Assembly: GCA_008632985.1 (NCBI GenBank)
Contig: QPGO01000022.1
Coordinates: 434,001-498,000 of the forward strand
DNA length: 64,000 bases
Source of the DNA: Psammoneis japonica
Lineage: Eukaryota
Reading direction: 5' to 3'
The notes under the pieces were generated by a model that did no database searches, had not been told where the DNA came from, and was given only the letters and a program-made list of their open reading frames with translations. Shown one piece after another: positions 35,543-47,278 of the stretch. Numbering within the stretch: position 1 is the stretch's first letter; the number at the start of each line of letters is the position of its first letter. Made by a program: the position numbers and the translations under genes.

Positions 35543-37116
35543 GAGAGAGAGAGAGAGAGAGAGAGAGCTGCTTTTGCCATCTCAAGCCAGTCAACAAGTG
35601 CATCACAAGATTTGCACTTCTGCCTGAAAAAAAGCAAGAAGTGGAAGAGAGGTGGAAGTTGGGGGCAGTGTTGACAGAAGGGAGCATCCCTGGAGAGTGG
35701 CCTGCCATGCTTGCTGCCAGCAAGCACTTTGTTTGGGGCTCTTTCTGTCTCTCTCTTTTCCAAAAAAGAAAGGATGAAATGCACAGCAGAGCATGTGTTT
35801 TGATGCCAGCCATGGAGGTTGCAGCTCTCTTCTCCTTCCCTCAAAGGTTTCTCATGAAAAAAGACTCCAGAACTTGAAGATTCTTTCTGCTGGGGCTGAT
35901 GGCATTGTGACAAGTTTGTTGCTGCAGTGTGGAAACTGCCAGAGAAAAGAGAAACAGTGGTGAGTTGCGATGTGACCATGTGTGCCCTTTTCTCCATCTT
36001 TCATTCCAGAGATGAGAGCACCAAGTTTCGTTTCTCATTCCTCTCTTTCTGAAAATGTGTTGCCACTTGTGGCTCTCTTTCCTGGGCAACTCTGCTCATG
36101 TGAAAGAGTGCGCCTTGTTCTTGGAGGAGCGCCGCAAGAGTGAGGGGGCGCAGGAGTGGGAGCAAGAACCAGCACTCGAAAATTTGGTGCCTGGCGGAAG
36201 CAGAAAAGGGCCTCTTGCTTGTCAATGCAGCAGGGATGGTCACCATGACCACTTTTGGACTGAGCCACTTCTTTGTCCCCTCCTGGCTTTCTGGCTGGGT
36301 GGCAGAGCGACCTGGGATTTTTTGACTGCTGGTGTGCTCGCTTTGACTGCCGGTGTGCTTGCCATCACAGCTGCAGAGCCTTGATTTGTGCTTGGTCACT
36401 TGGCTTGATGAAGTGGACTCCAGATTTGTTCCATTCCACCAGGGGCATTTTGTTTGTGCTGCTCGAAAAAAGGCTGGAATCATCGATCCCACATTGTTGC
36501 ACACTGCCCTGCTCTCTCCATCCACCCCCTTGTCACCTGGCTGGCGCCTGGCTGTACAAGAATGCAGAATCTGGAATCTTACTGAGTTGCTTCTATTTTA
36601 CCCTTTTGTACCGGTTACTTGTTCCTGTGCGTAGAAATCCACTGGGAAACATACCAAGTTTCCGCCGGGGCAACTTTTAGTGATAAATTCGACGGTCAAG
36701 AGGTAGGTTGACGATGACGAAGGTTGTTGCCGCCGCTACTCCATTTGAATTGTTGTCGACGATTGACAAGCCGCTGTTTATAGCCGTATTATGTTTGCTG
36801 TTGGTAATGTTGGCGACCAGATTGATCGTGGGGAGAGCAGTGCTTGCAACTGGATGGGGAGCACCGCGGTGTGCGTTGTAGCTACCATGAGGAACAGAAA
36901 CAAACCTTCGGATGCCACTTGGATCGAATGAACTGAATCTGATATGACTGATATACTTTGTGTTTTCGATGCAAGTGCTTGGTATTTCGAGATCGAACCC
37001 GTTCAAGTTGAAAGACCATAGAGTTCGCGTTTCATGTAGTGTCACTCATTCGTGTCTTTCCTCTTGTTTTCAGACTTTTGTCGGTTTCCACTTTCGTTCA
37101 ATCACACGCTGGAATC

Positions 37117-37547
37117 ATGGGTAAACCAAACGGTATCAGGACTGGACGTAAGCTCCGCACGCACCGTCGTAATCAGCGCTGGCGTGATCAGAAGTACGCC
37201 AAGGCACACTCCATCACAGCCATGAAGGCCAACCCCATGGGAGGCTCCACCATGGCCAAGGGAATTGTTTGGAAAAGATCGGAATTGAGGCCAAGCAGCC
37301 AAATTCCGCTATCCGAAAGTGCGTCCGAGTCCAGCTCATCAAGAATGGAAAGAAGATTGCTGCCTTTGTGCCGCGTGATGGTTGCCTCAACTATGTCGAC
37401 GAGAACGACGAGGTGCTGATTTCTGGTTTCGGGCGATCCGGTCACGCCGTTGGTGATATTCCAGGAGTCCGATTCAAGGTTACCAAGGTAGCAGGTGTGT
37501 CGATCTTGGCGCTTTACAAGGAAAAGAAGGAAAAACCTCGTTCGTAA
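37117..37547 (+). CDS. RPS23: 40S ribosomal protein S23 (uS12)
   Basis: [13 protein letters not shown]...[28 protein letters not shown]...KEKPRS. A single-T deletion lies near 37270. Confidence 0.97.
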
Positions 37548-37891
37548 ATACCGTATGTAGCGAAAGGGTCGTTTATTTTTTTGCTCTAGTATGTGTGTTG
37601 TTCTGTGTAACGGTGCAGTAGGTTGTTTCTTCAACTCAACATGGTGTACTGACATTGGGTAGAACAGTGTAGCAGGGTGTCATTAATATGGTTTGGTGAA
37701 TTGGAACAACTGCTGCACTAGCCTTGCAAAAGGTGAACATTGTGCTTTTCCAGAATTCATCACTCCTTGTACCGTTTGCTGGCACTGATCTCTCAGTTAG
37801 TCTTGTAGCGCTGATGTCTTCAAAATTGAATATCCAATCAAAACAGCCTCTAAATTGAATTGCTGAGAGATGGTACATTACTATTAACGAA

Positions 37892-38653
37892 CTACGCCTC
37901 TCCACGCCGTTCTTCCGTGTATTCCAAAAACACCCCTTCGAGAATAGGCATTACATCATCTGATTCTTCTGGTGACAACAAAAGTCTGCGTTCCCCTGCC
38001 TCATCATCAGCCTTGCCAACCAGCAACACGGGGTCGAGTAAACGCACAAGATTGAATTCCTTGCCCCGATGTTCGAAGGAAACTAGCACTTCTACTTCCT
38101 CTTCTCCGTCGTCCAAATCGCCATCTTCTTCACCATCCTCTATATCCTCCTCGTCTTCCTCAAGCTCGCCCACCAGTGTGAGGGTCTGCGGTGTCCGTTG
38201 CAGCGCAAGTTCGTCGCCGAATTCCTCCATAATGATTCTTTCTGCTACAGGAAACACATCATCCATTAGCTCATCGTCCAATTCAATAGGGACAAGGTTG
38301 TCGTTGTCATCAAAATACGTGAGTGCCACGGCATAATCGCACGGACAACCGATGGTGTACTGAACACCATTTACTGTCGCGATACTGTCAGCGTAGCACT
38401 CGATAAAGGAGGAAGCCTCCACGTCAACAAACGGAATCGGAACTCCTTCATCATCGGGAGGAACTATCTCGAGTTTGGGCATATCATTCGATCCAGAGGC
38501 AAACACGACGCATTCTGAGCGATGGGAACGTAAAGGTCGCGCTACAAACGCCGGGTATTGTCCAAAAGAAAAAGCTTGAGAGGTGCAAAAGAAAAGTGAT
38601 GCCGCCACCAGGATACTTGTATGTACACGAAGAAGAGATTGCATCGTCGACAT
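37892..38653 (-). CDS. Plastid-targeted DUF3727/DUF1292-like protein
   Basis: Signal peptide ending SQA|FSF plus a transit peptide. Motifs LQRTPQTLTLVGE, an acidic tract and LVRLLDPVLLVG. Confidence 0.7.
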   Translation of the reverse strand: MSTMQSLLRVHTSILVAASLFFCTSQAFSFGQYPAFVARPLRSHRSECVVFASGSNDMPKLEIVPPDDEGVPIPFVDVEASSFIECYADSIATVNGVQYTIGCPCDYAVALTYFDDNDNLVPIELDDELMDDVFPVAERIIMEEFGDELALQRTPQTLTLVGELEEDEEDIEDGEEDGDLDDGEEEVEVLVSFEHRGKEFNLVRLLDPVLLVGKADDEAGERRLLLSPEESDDVMPILEGVFLEYTEERRGEA

Positions 38654-38962
38654 TTGTTCTTTATTGTGATGGGGTGATGGATGTGATTTGATGTTGTATG
38701 TATGATTGACGATGGATGATGGATGTCGATGATGGTGTGATGCATGATGCATTGTGATGCCCGACCGCCGACAGGAATTTTGTCGGTGTCGCTGTGTTGG
38801 TGGGAGGTTTGGGTTTGTCCGCCCGGGCGAAGGAATTTTTTGAAATTTTCCAAAATTCCAAAATGGCGCAAAAACCAACAAAAAATGAGCAACAGCGAAC
38901 CCCAAAGAAGTAACAATCACCCGAAAGGGCAACAGCAACACCTTATTCTAATGTGAATAATC

Positions 38963-40232
38963 ATGAAAGCACAGAATCTTGATATAGAGCATGTGATTGA
39001 GCATGTGCATCCGATTGTTGAAACCAGTCCAGTCGAAGATCATCCCGTCTCATCTCTCCCGCATTCAAACTACCGGTACCACCGACAAACACCGCGCCTT
39101 CAAACAAAAGTTGCATCCATTCTCGACTGGCAGACCGATACGATATCTATTGATTACTTCTATCAAGACGATGATGGGGTTTTTAGAGAGAAATGTCCAC
39201 ACACTGTTCTGCTTTTGTTCCTGGGAATCCCGGTTGTGTTGGGTGGTACGCAGATCTACTCGTGACGATTGTATCAAGATTTGGCGTTGGCTACGCTGCG
39301 CGTGGGGTTTCATATGCTGGACACGGATTGACAGGGGCGATACCAATGTGGAAAAATGGAAAGACTCGGAGCGAAATGTTGCTATTCCCTTTACAGTGAA
39401 CGGGCAAATCGATCACAAGATTGAATGGGTTGATCAAGTCACTTCTGAAATGAGGAAACTCCGGCAAACACTGGATGGCAACGAGAATGTTCCTCCAACA
39501 AGATATATTTTTATCTCGCATTCTATTGGGGCTCACATGGTACAACGATTATGTGTTCTGAGAAAGGATATTCTCTTGCAGTGCAAGCTTATCATTCACC
39601 TCATGCCATTCACTAGGATGGATGCTCCGCAGCCCCAACAGGCGATCCTCTCTACTCTAGCATGCTCGCAGGATGCCGTGATTGCTTTCGCAACAACTTT
39701 ATCTCGGTTGGCATCCCTACTTCCTACAAAGTGGCTTGACGTGCTCATGCGAGATTCTGTTCCTCATGACGAAGGCCGCAAGTTAGCAATTGGCTTGATT
39801 CAACAGCCAACGTATCCAAAGAATTTCTTTGAATTGGGAACGGAAGAAATTCGTGATGTTCCAGAGCGACCGGATGTATGTATGAAATGATGCTTGTGTT
39901 GTTATTGCCATCTGGGCTTTGTCTCATTCAAGTGGCTCCTTGTTTCCTCTCGGGATCTTTCATAGGATTCGGCACTTAGACTTCTCGGAAAGACGTGTCC
40001 TACCGCAATGCTCTATTGTGGTGGACCAGATCAGTGGGCGCCGCAGACCCACATGAATGATTTGAAGGTCATGCAGCAACAAGGCAATATCCCCGAAAAC
40101 ATCCGCATGGTTTATCTGCCCGACCTTGTCCATGATTTCATCGTTCGCCCTCACATGGTGCCGCCAGTAGTCGAGTTCTGTTGTCAATCAATCTCGGAGG
40201 TTCATGGCGATTTGTTAAGGTCAAAATTATGA
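38963..40232 (+). CDS. Lipid droplet-associated hydrolase (LDAH/DUF2305)-like
   Basis: FVPGNPGCVGWY, SHSIG, DQWAP and HDF across frameshifted ORFs. Intron at ~39876-39965. Confidence 0.8.
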
Positions 40233-40902
40233 TGCGAGAAATGGACTCCTACTCCAGCGACAGGCGCGATCTGCCCTAAAGAAACTCGATTGCTTTGGCA
40301 AAACCCACCAAGCTCGATGAACTCATTCTTCAGTTCAATCGCTTCATTCTTCCACATTTTCAAATGTAAGTACCGGTACACTGTTTTGTAGTCTCTACTC
40401 TAGCTACTAGAGCTCTCTCTACTGCTACTTTAGTAGAGAGTACAGTAGAGTAGGTCTATGATAGTACTGTAGTTACAGTAGTAGCTTAGCTCTCTGATCT
40501 CTGAGTTCATTCGGTGAGTTGTTTGAAGTGTTCACTCGTGTGAAGTTGAAAATTTTTTTACATGAATGTTATATTCAGTCTGGTAAATATTGCCCCTGTT
40601 CGTTTCGAAAAATCTTCAAATATTAGGATATTAAGTATTTTCATATTTCATCGTTACGGAACGTTAACGCCCGCAGAAGACCGCAACGCAACACACACGA
40701 CACACGACACCATACGGTCACCATTGCGTTGCACGTCCTCGTTTGATGGATGTCATTGATCTCGCTAACCTCTGTTCCTCTAGAGAAGTGAGCATTGACG
40801 GGCTTACTCTGTTGCTCGCTGAGCGTCTTTCATAAGCTTCATACCGTCTAATCGATTCACTTTGAAGCAGAAGATTGTGAGTCGAAGAACAGGCTGTGAA
40901 AC

Positions 40903-41918
40903 ATGCTGAGAAGGGCATCCAAGAACAAGGCGAAGAAAGCCAGCAAAGATGTTGAGTCGTCCACGATCGGAAAGCCCACAGGAGATGCGGCGGTGTTTCT
41001 AGACTCGCTTCAAAATCCAGAGGTCATAGAACGTGTCCGAACTACAATAAAAGACGCTCATGTGTTTAAGCTCCCACCACGGCAGTCAGCTACGATCGGA
41101 TGGAGAGGCGCCGACTGGAAGGAAAAGGTCTGGCAAGGAACGGTCAAGGTCGTGGAGCGCGGTGATATTACAGCGGTTCTACTAGTCGACCGAACGAATG
41201 GGTCGATTTTTGCTGTATGCCCGGTAAAGGACGGCGCTATCGACCGGTGTGTTGATTCTAGCAGGTACTTTGTGCTGCGCATAGAAAATGCCAATGGCCG
41301 GCACATGTTTGTCGGCGTGGCGTTTAACGAGCGAAACGATGCGTTCGATTTTAACACCGCATTAGAAGATTCCAAGAGAGAACGAGAGATGGAGAACAAC
41401 CCAGTCAAGCCTTACACAGGACCGACAAAGGACTATAGTATCAAGGAAGGAGAGAAAATTCGTGTTTCGATTCCTAAAATTGGTGGTAAGTGCAATAGAC
41501 AAGATACTTCTCCCACCATGGCGCGCTTCTGTGCCTTGTAGAAGATTTGGCGTTCTTGAAGCTGACAGATATTACTGCCTTTTCGGTTCTAGGTGCCGGT
41601 ACTGGGACGCGCAAGTCGACAACGAAAGTTACAGAGAGCAAAGGATTCCTGAAGCCCTCAAACAAAGACACACCGAGTCGGACGGAAACAGGAGTTGGCG
41701 GGCTTGAGCCGCGGAGTGTAGCACATAAACCCGAAAATGGCGTTTCTGATTCTGGTTTAGAGGAAACATTCGCTTGTGGGGCGTTCGGCGGGAACAATTT
41801 TTTTAGCGACACCACCGATGAGGAGTCAACCGGGTCGGGAAACCCATTTTTTCGCAGTCCAGGAACCGAAGCAACTTCCTTTGACCCCAGTAGATATCAG
41901 ACAGAATCGGGCCGTTGA
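40903..41918 (+). CDS. NECAP: Adaptin ear-binding coat-associated protein (NECAP, PHear domain)
   Basis: HVFKLPP..GWRGADW, VDSSRYFVLRI, FNERNDAFDFN and DYSIKEGEKI. Intron at ~41486-41592. Confidence 0.92.
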
Positions 41919-42116
41919 TGCATGTTCTGCTAAATGTCGGATGACTGCAGTTTGTTCCTTTATGTACTTGGAGTGACCGTTGTCGAGAAAAAATCTTTTG
42001 CTTTAGCTGAGCCAGTTAAATCGGGCGTCGCCTAGTAGAGAAGATTATACTGAGTACACGAATGCTCTATTTCCACTCCCCATTACCTAGTCTTATCATC
42101 GGCATCCAATACTGTA

Positions 42117-43430
42117 TCATGTAGCGTTCCATCTCCATAGCGTTCCATCGTCGCAGCACGCAACCAGGCATTCGTTGTCTGGACTGAAACTCACCAGCCT
42201 TACGGTCGAAGTACAGTGTTTGTGAATCAAAGTAGTAGCTGGGTTCTTCCTTTGCGAAAGGTGATCAATATCCCATAGTTCAATATGTCCAGCCTTATTT
42301 CCAATCGCAAGCTTTCCGCATAAGGTATCGGTCTGAAACCGAATGAACCATACGTCGCACCCACTGAGAGGGAACTCCATGAGAGGGATTGCTTCGCATG
42401 GTAGACGAGGCCTTGGAGGTCCTTTTCGCCTTCGATTCCTTCTTCTAACTAAATTTGGCTTCCATAAAATGACCCTGTTTGAAATTGATTTGGACAAAAC
42501 GAGATCTCCTACAAACTGGACGCAATCAATGTAGCCTGAATGCACGTGGTTGGAAGAAAAGTATGGCATGTGTGAATACGGAGTCCACGGTGACTTTTTT
42601 CCTCGGTTGACACTGCTACTCTCTATGGCAGCATGAACTTGTGTACCCTCCTCTATTGACCACAGTTTGACAGAAGAATCCATGCCAGCACTGACAAATC
42701 GTTGCCCAAGAGAATGCCATCCGAAACTTAGAACGGCATCTCGATGCCCCTCATGACCGGTAAAGACGGCGACAGCTTGTGCAGTCTTCACATTCCATAG
42801 TCGAAGGCTTTGATCCTTGGACGCACTCAGTAGCAACCACTCGTTGGTTGGGCTGAACTTCATGTCATAAATCTCATCTCCATGTCCCGACAAAGTCATG
42901 AACAACTTTCGTCGAACCGTATCAATTACTTTGATGATTCCACTGCGTCCAGCGACGCACAACAACTGCGGCCCATCTACCGTCTCGAATTGAGGAGATC
43001 TGCCACCGAATGCACAAGCATAAAATGTCTCGCTTTCAGTAGCATCTATGTACGCCTGACGGAAAATAAAGCCGTCGGTGCGCGATGAATGACGCTTCTC
43101 CGGAACTTCGTAAACTGTCACATGATTCACAGCACACGTAGCGACACATCGCATCCTGGAACAAGGTTGTGTCTCGAAGGAACTTGTGCTATTCTCCGTG
43201 CTCTCTGAATCTTCCCCTTCAGACAAAACATCTGCGTCGTCTGCCGCACTTGTTGTCTCACTCGACATACAATGGTGCACGTCATGCGACCACGCAACGC
43301 AATAAATCGGCTTCCCATGACTTTCTTTAGCTGAACCAGAAAACCGAAATCCTGACGATGATTCTGTTTCGCCGCCACTGATATCCGGGCATGTCAAGGG
43401 TGACTGTGACACATCAGAAGATGCCGTCAT
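42117..43430 (-). CDS. EED: Polycomb PRC2 WD40 subunit EED/ESC/FIE
   Basis: ETFYACAF, GHGDEIYDMKFSP...LLLSASKDQSLRLWN, GHRDAVLS, HSGYIDCVQFVGDLVLSKS and CDVWFIRF. Confidence 0.9.
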   Translation of the reverse strand: MTASSDVSQSPLTCPDISGGETESSSGFRFSGSAKESHGKPIYCVAWSHDVHHCMSSETTSAADDADVLSEGEDSESTENSTSSFETQPCSRMRCVATCAVNHVTVYEVPEKRHSSRTDGFIFRQAYIDATESETFYACAFGGRSPQFETVDGPQLLCVAGRSGIIKVIDTVRRKLFMTLSGHGDEIYDMKFSPTNEWLLLSASKDQSLRLWNVKTAQAVAVFTGHEGHRDAVLSFGWHSLGQRFVSAGMDSSVKLWSIEEGTQVHAAIESSSVNRGKKSPWTPYSHMPYFSSNHVHSGYIDCVQFVGDLVLSKSISNRVILWKPNLVRRRNRRRKGPPRPRLPCEAIPLMEFPLSGCDVWFIRFQTDTLCGKLAIGNKAGHIELWDIDHLSQRKNPATTLIHKHCTSTVRLVSFSPDNECLVACCDDGTLWRWNAT

Positions 43431-44244
43431 TGTTCCAGCTAGACTCCTAGGGCTAACTCGTAGGTTTTCGTTGGTGTCGCAGTCGCAGTCGCAGTTTGCA
43501 GTTTTGTTGTTGATGATGTGTTACGATTTGGGCGTATAAAATGCAGTTTATATATTGAAAAATCACCCTTGCGGACGCCTACTGTTGCACTAATATCCCA
43601 ATTTCTCTTGCATTTTTCCAGAGAAATCTGTGGTCGTGGCAGTTATGATGGCCCTATGTCAATCTTTGAAGTCCCTTGTGGACACCTTTCTTTTGCTGTT
43701 CAAAGCAATGATTCATTCAAGCAGATTCAAAACGACGTTGGTACCGGTAGGCTTATGTTTGTTTGCTATTGAGCTATTGAAGGCAATTGGCAAAGGTTTG
43801 CCATTTGCGTGGTCGGCAGTTCGAGTTGATTCGAGCTCACTTTTTCTTCGTTCAAGGGTCGGGTACGGAGTCGCGATGGTACGGCAACAAGAAGTAAGGT
43901 GACATGCTTCGTTGCTCAACAGAACTCAGAAACTGCACCCTCCACACAACGAAATCGAATTCTTTGCAGTCGCAAACACTCGAGATATCGGCGTAGTCAC
44001 GATTGCCATGTCGGAAAAGCATCTCTACCACAATCAATTACAATTGATCAACCGACGTCGCATTACGGCATTACAGGTGTTGCCACGCAGCAAGCTCGCA
44101 CCAATGCCGTACTTGCCAAATACTGTATGAGAGGGCCCGCAGCGTGATCTCGAATCACAGGACGCTCATGAAACAGGAGAGCGACGCCTTGACGTGCCAA
44201 ATGTTGCCTTCATACGCTTGAAGCATTACAACGATACGAAAAGC

Positions 44245-45410
44245 TCAGCATGACTTCGTTCGCTCTTCTTCCAATATTCCCAACGTAGCTTTCAAGAGGT
44301 CGTACCACTCGGACCATGCATCCATGTCGCTTTCAATGTTGGGCTCCGTTGAGATGAAACAAGGGACGTCGTCGATTTTGCTCAACCGAAAGCCAGCCGC
44401 AATTAAAACTTCCCGCCCCCCAGGTGTTGGCCGATATCTTCATGGAATTTGGGATGATCACGACGAATCCTGCGAAAGTTCGTTTCCTCCGGATGTGAGA
44501 CGATTTGAGAGAAAAGCGTGTGCAAGGCATTGAGAGCAATCGCGAGTGAATCAGCATCTGTACTCTCTCGCAAGACTGCTAGCTGCTGCCGTACACCATC
44601 GCCCCCTTGAGAATAGAATCAACCCACTGTCTGTCTGCTAGTTCCGCCTCCTGCCTGGCCTGTCGCTCTTGATCCTGCCGAGCCTGTTCTGCTTCATGGC
44701 GAGCACGTCTCGATTCCTGTGCCAGGCGGGACAATTCTTCTCGTTGCTGCCTACGTACTAACTCCGCGGCTTCTTCAGCTCGGCGTTCCTGATCCAAGCG
44801 ACTCTCTTCTTTTGCCTTTCGAACTGCCTCCTCTTTAGCTGCGCGCTTTTCCAACTCTAACTCAGCTTGTCGCGCCGCCTCTTCCTGTCTTTGGACCTCC
44901 AGGCGCATTTTTTCTGCTGCAACTACTGGGGAACTAGACGCTTTTCCCACTTCATCTTCCCCGAATGCGATACTAATGGCATTCCCCAAGGAATCAAAGG
45001 TAGCAAGCATAGAGGTTACTCTAGCTATCGTTGTTGCTCCGTAGCGAGGGTTTCCAGTAACCGGGTCTTTCTGCACAGAGATGAGATGTGCGATTAACAC
45101 GAGGTGAGTAAAAGACGAAATTAATCAGTCTAAATAAGTAATTCGAAACGAACCTCAGTAAGCCGCCTGCGATATCGATCCATTTTGGGTATCAAGGAAT
45201 TTGTTTTATCCCGCAGTGATTCCAATTTGGACAGAGCCTGCGCTGCAGAAATGTCCGTTTGTTCGTCCTCGTTGCTGTCTTGAACATCAAAGAGTACGCG
45301 AGGAAGGCTTTGAATGAGCTCGTCCTCTTTTTGCAACTCAAAGTTCGACGAAGAGCCTCGTATGACGAAGCCATTTCGCTAACTTGTTCTTCCAGTGCGC
45401 GTAATTCCAT
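44245..45410 (-). CDS. Coiled-coil + PUB-domain protein
   Basis: C-terminal reading LFSQIVSHPEETNFRRIRRDHPKF...EVLIAAGF and E/R/A coiled coil. Intron at ~45074-45153 and frameshifts. Confidence 0.7.
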
Positions 45411-45819
45411 CTTGCCGTAGGCACAACAAAAATGGTGCTGCCTCTAATAGAGAACAGTGCCTTCCTCAAATCTCAATTTCAAGCACTGTGAAATCGTTTC
45501 TCTGATCGATGTTTCCCTCTTCCTCCAAACCTACAAATCAAAAACTAGCGCTTAGCATGGGCAAAAAGGACCTGTTGAGCAGTAGTGAGCGTACCAAAGG
45601 TGGATTTGTTTCTTGTAGCCTTATGTTGACGCCGGCTATGGTATCTTCTCTTGGCTTTCATTTTCCAGCCACACGGCCGGCGTTCCTCGGGTGGCATGCA
45701 CGCGGCACAAAAAAAAAAAGACGCAAAGACCGCAAATAAACGGCCATAATCTATCTTGCCAACCCGGCTTAGTTCATTCCATGAGAGTCTCTTGCTGGTA
45801 AACTACAGGTACCTACATA

Positions 45820-46528
45820 ATGATTTCTTTTCTGCTGATGGTGTAAGTAGAAGCGCTTCGACATGTGTGATTTCGTAGATTCTTGTTGGCCCAGTCTTGC
45901 GTTGGCTTCCACATCGATACAGATGGTATGTTACTTGTCTTGCAATCAATTCACCGTACTGAACTTTTTGTTTTCCTCACTTCTCTTTCCTTAGGAACAA
46001 ACAAGGTCAGACACGCCTTTCCTCGTACTATGAATGGCTGGGTATGGATGAACGCGTCGCTCTAGAGTCAGAGATTATTCGCAAGTGTCTGTCGCGATCG
46101 GAGTTGCAGTGCTCCTTCTTGGAATATCGAGGATACAAGGTGATTTACCGACGCTATGCCAGTCTCTTTTTCATCGTGGGAACCAAGCCGGACATTGATG
46201 GGGGGACCGAGAATACGGAGAATGAACTCGGGATGCTGGAGTTCATTCACACGCTCGTCGAGACCATGGACAAATGGGCCGGCTCGATTTGTGAACTTGA
46301 TATTATGTATCAACTAGAACAGGTGCATTTCTTGCTCGACGAAATGGTCATGAACGGATTCATTGTGGTAGGTCGAGACCATTCTTACTCGTTGTGTCTA
46401 TGCTTTGCTTTTGCCCTTACAACCAATGCCCCATTCTACTTCTACAGGAAACAAACAAAGGCAACGTCCTCAGGCCTTTAGATCTGATGGAGAGAGAAAG
46501 TCGAAAAGATGAGGGCATGTTTCGGTAA
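45820..46528 (+). CDS. AP4S1: AP-4 adaptor complex sigma subunit (2 introns)
   Basis: MISFLLMV|NKQGQTRL..YY, KCLSR...CSFLEYRGYKVIYRRYASLFFIVG, ENELG.LEFIH and CELDIM. Confidence 0.9.
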
Positions 46529-47278
46529 ATGTCGCGCTGCACTAACGATAGTAGTACAACCACTCTTGCTTCGAATCCACCTTGTAGCAGTATGTAGATT
46601 CCTCTTGAAGCGTGCAGTATGGTTGACGTTCCAACATTATAGTTATCACTCTACAGGAAAGTGCGGATGCACTTTGAGTACGGCTATAATGATAATAGAA
46701 GTAGTACAAGAGACGTGTCATTTGCAACCACTCGTGCTTCGAATTCAAGGTTTTGTGCCGTAGACTAGGTAGTTCCTCTTGAGGCGTGCAGCATGTTGGA
46801 TGTTGCCACATGATACGGTAGGGCCTGCTTCTAGCTATCGCTCTACAGAACCATCCGGGGCCTCTTTACGCGATTGTCGTCTTTGTTTGGATGTTTTCTC
46901 TTACTTAGGGTGCATTCCTTGCCAATGGTTTATAACAGCAGGATTGGTTATGTTAGTAACTTTTAGGAACGTCAACTTGGACCGATAATGGGGGTGATGT
47001 GTGTGCAAGCTCAGTCTGGCGTCTTGGTTTCACTCTCTGGAGAAAGGGTCTAATAATAATAGCGGCAATCATCGGTATGTAATCGATCTATCAGAAAAAG
47101 GGGACACTCGTGTATTAAAATATAAACGTCTGTTGCTACTTTTATCTTTTTATGCATAATATTGAATCACAATCAGGCTACAATGCTCGAGTCAAACTTG
47201 AATGATCATTTTCGCACTTGTTCCAAGCTATGCTGCCATTCCAAACACTAAATACTTGTTGCCTTCTGAAAAGGCACT

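Larger units (their letters stand above)
32240..36550. repeat. Transposon-derived block, TpA/CpG-depleted
   Basis: Same compositional signature as the other blocks. Contains a Penelope-like element and (GA)n tracts. Confidence 0.85.

Noticed and set aside
37260..37280. Frameshifts in RPS23 and many other genes as pseudogenization or programmed frameshifting
   Set aside because: The cases I could resolve are single-base losses in short homopolymers (GTTT[T]GGAA here, TCTT[T]CCC near 12550) in otherwise conserved genes. This is typical of unpolished long-read assembly.
42117..43430. EED as the cause of the repeat mutagenesis
   Set aside because: It is an ordinary PRC2 subunit, and proximity alone is no evidence. 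No deaminase or polymerase gene is visible in this window.
43518..44240. Short ORFs between EED and the PUB gene
   Set aside because: No recognizable motifs or consistent gene structure.
46545..46850. Imperfect ~175-bp intergenic duplication
   Set aside because: It is short and diverged with no TE hallmarks, and TA is retained. Useful only as a negative control.
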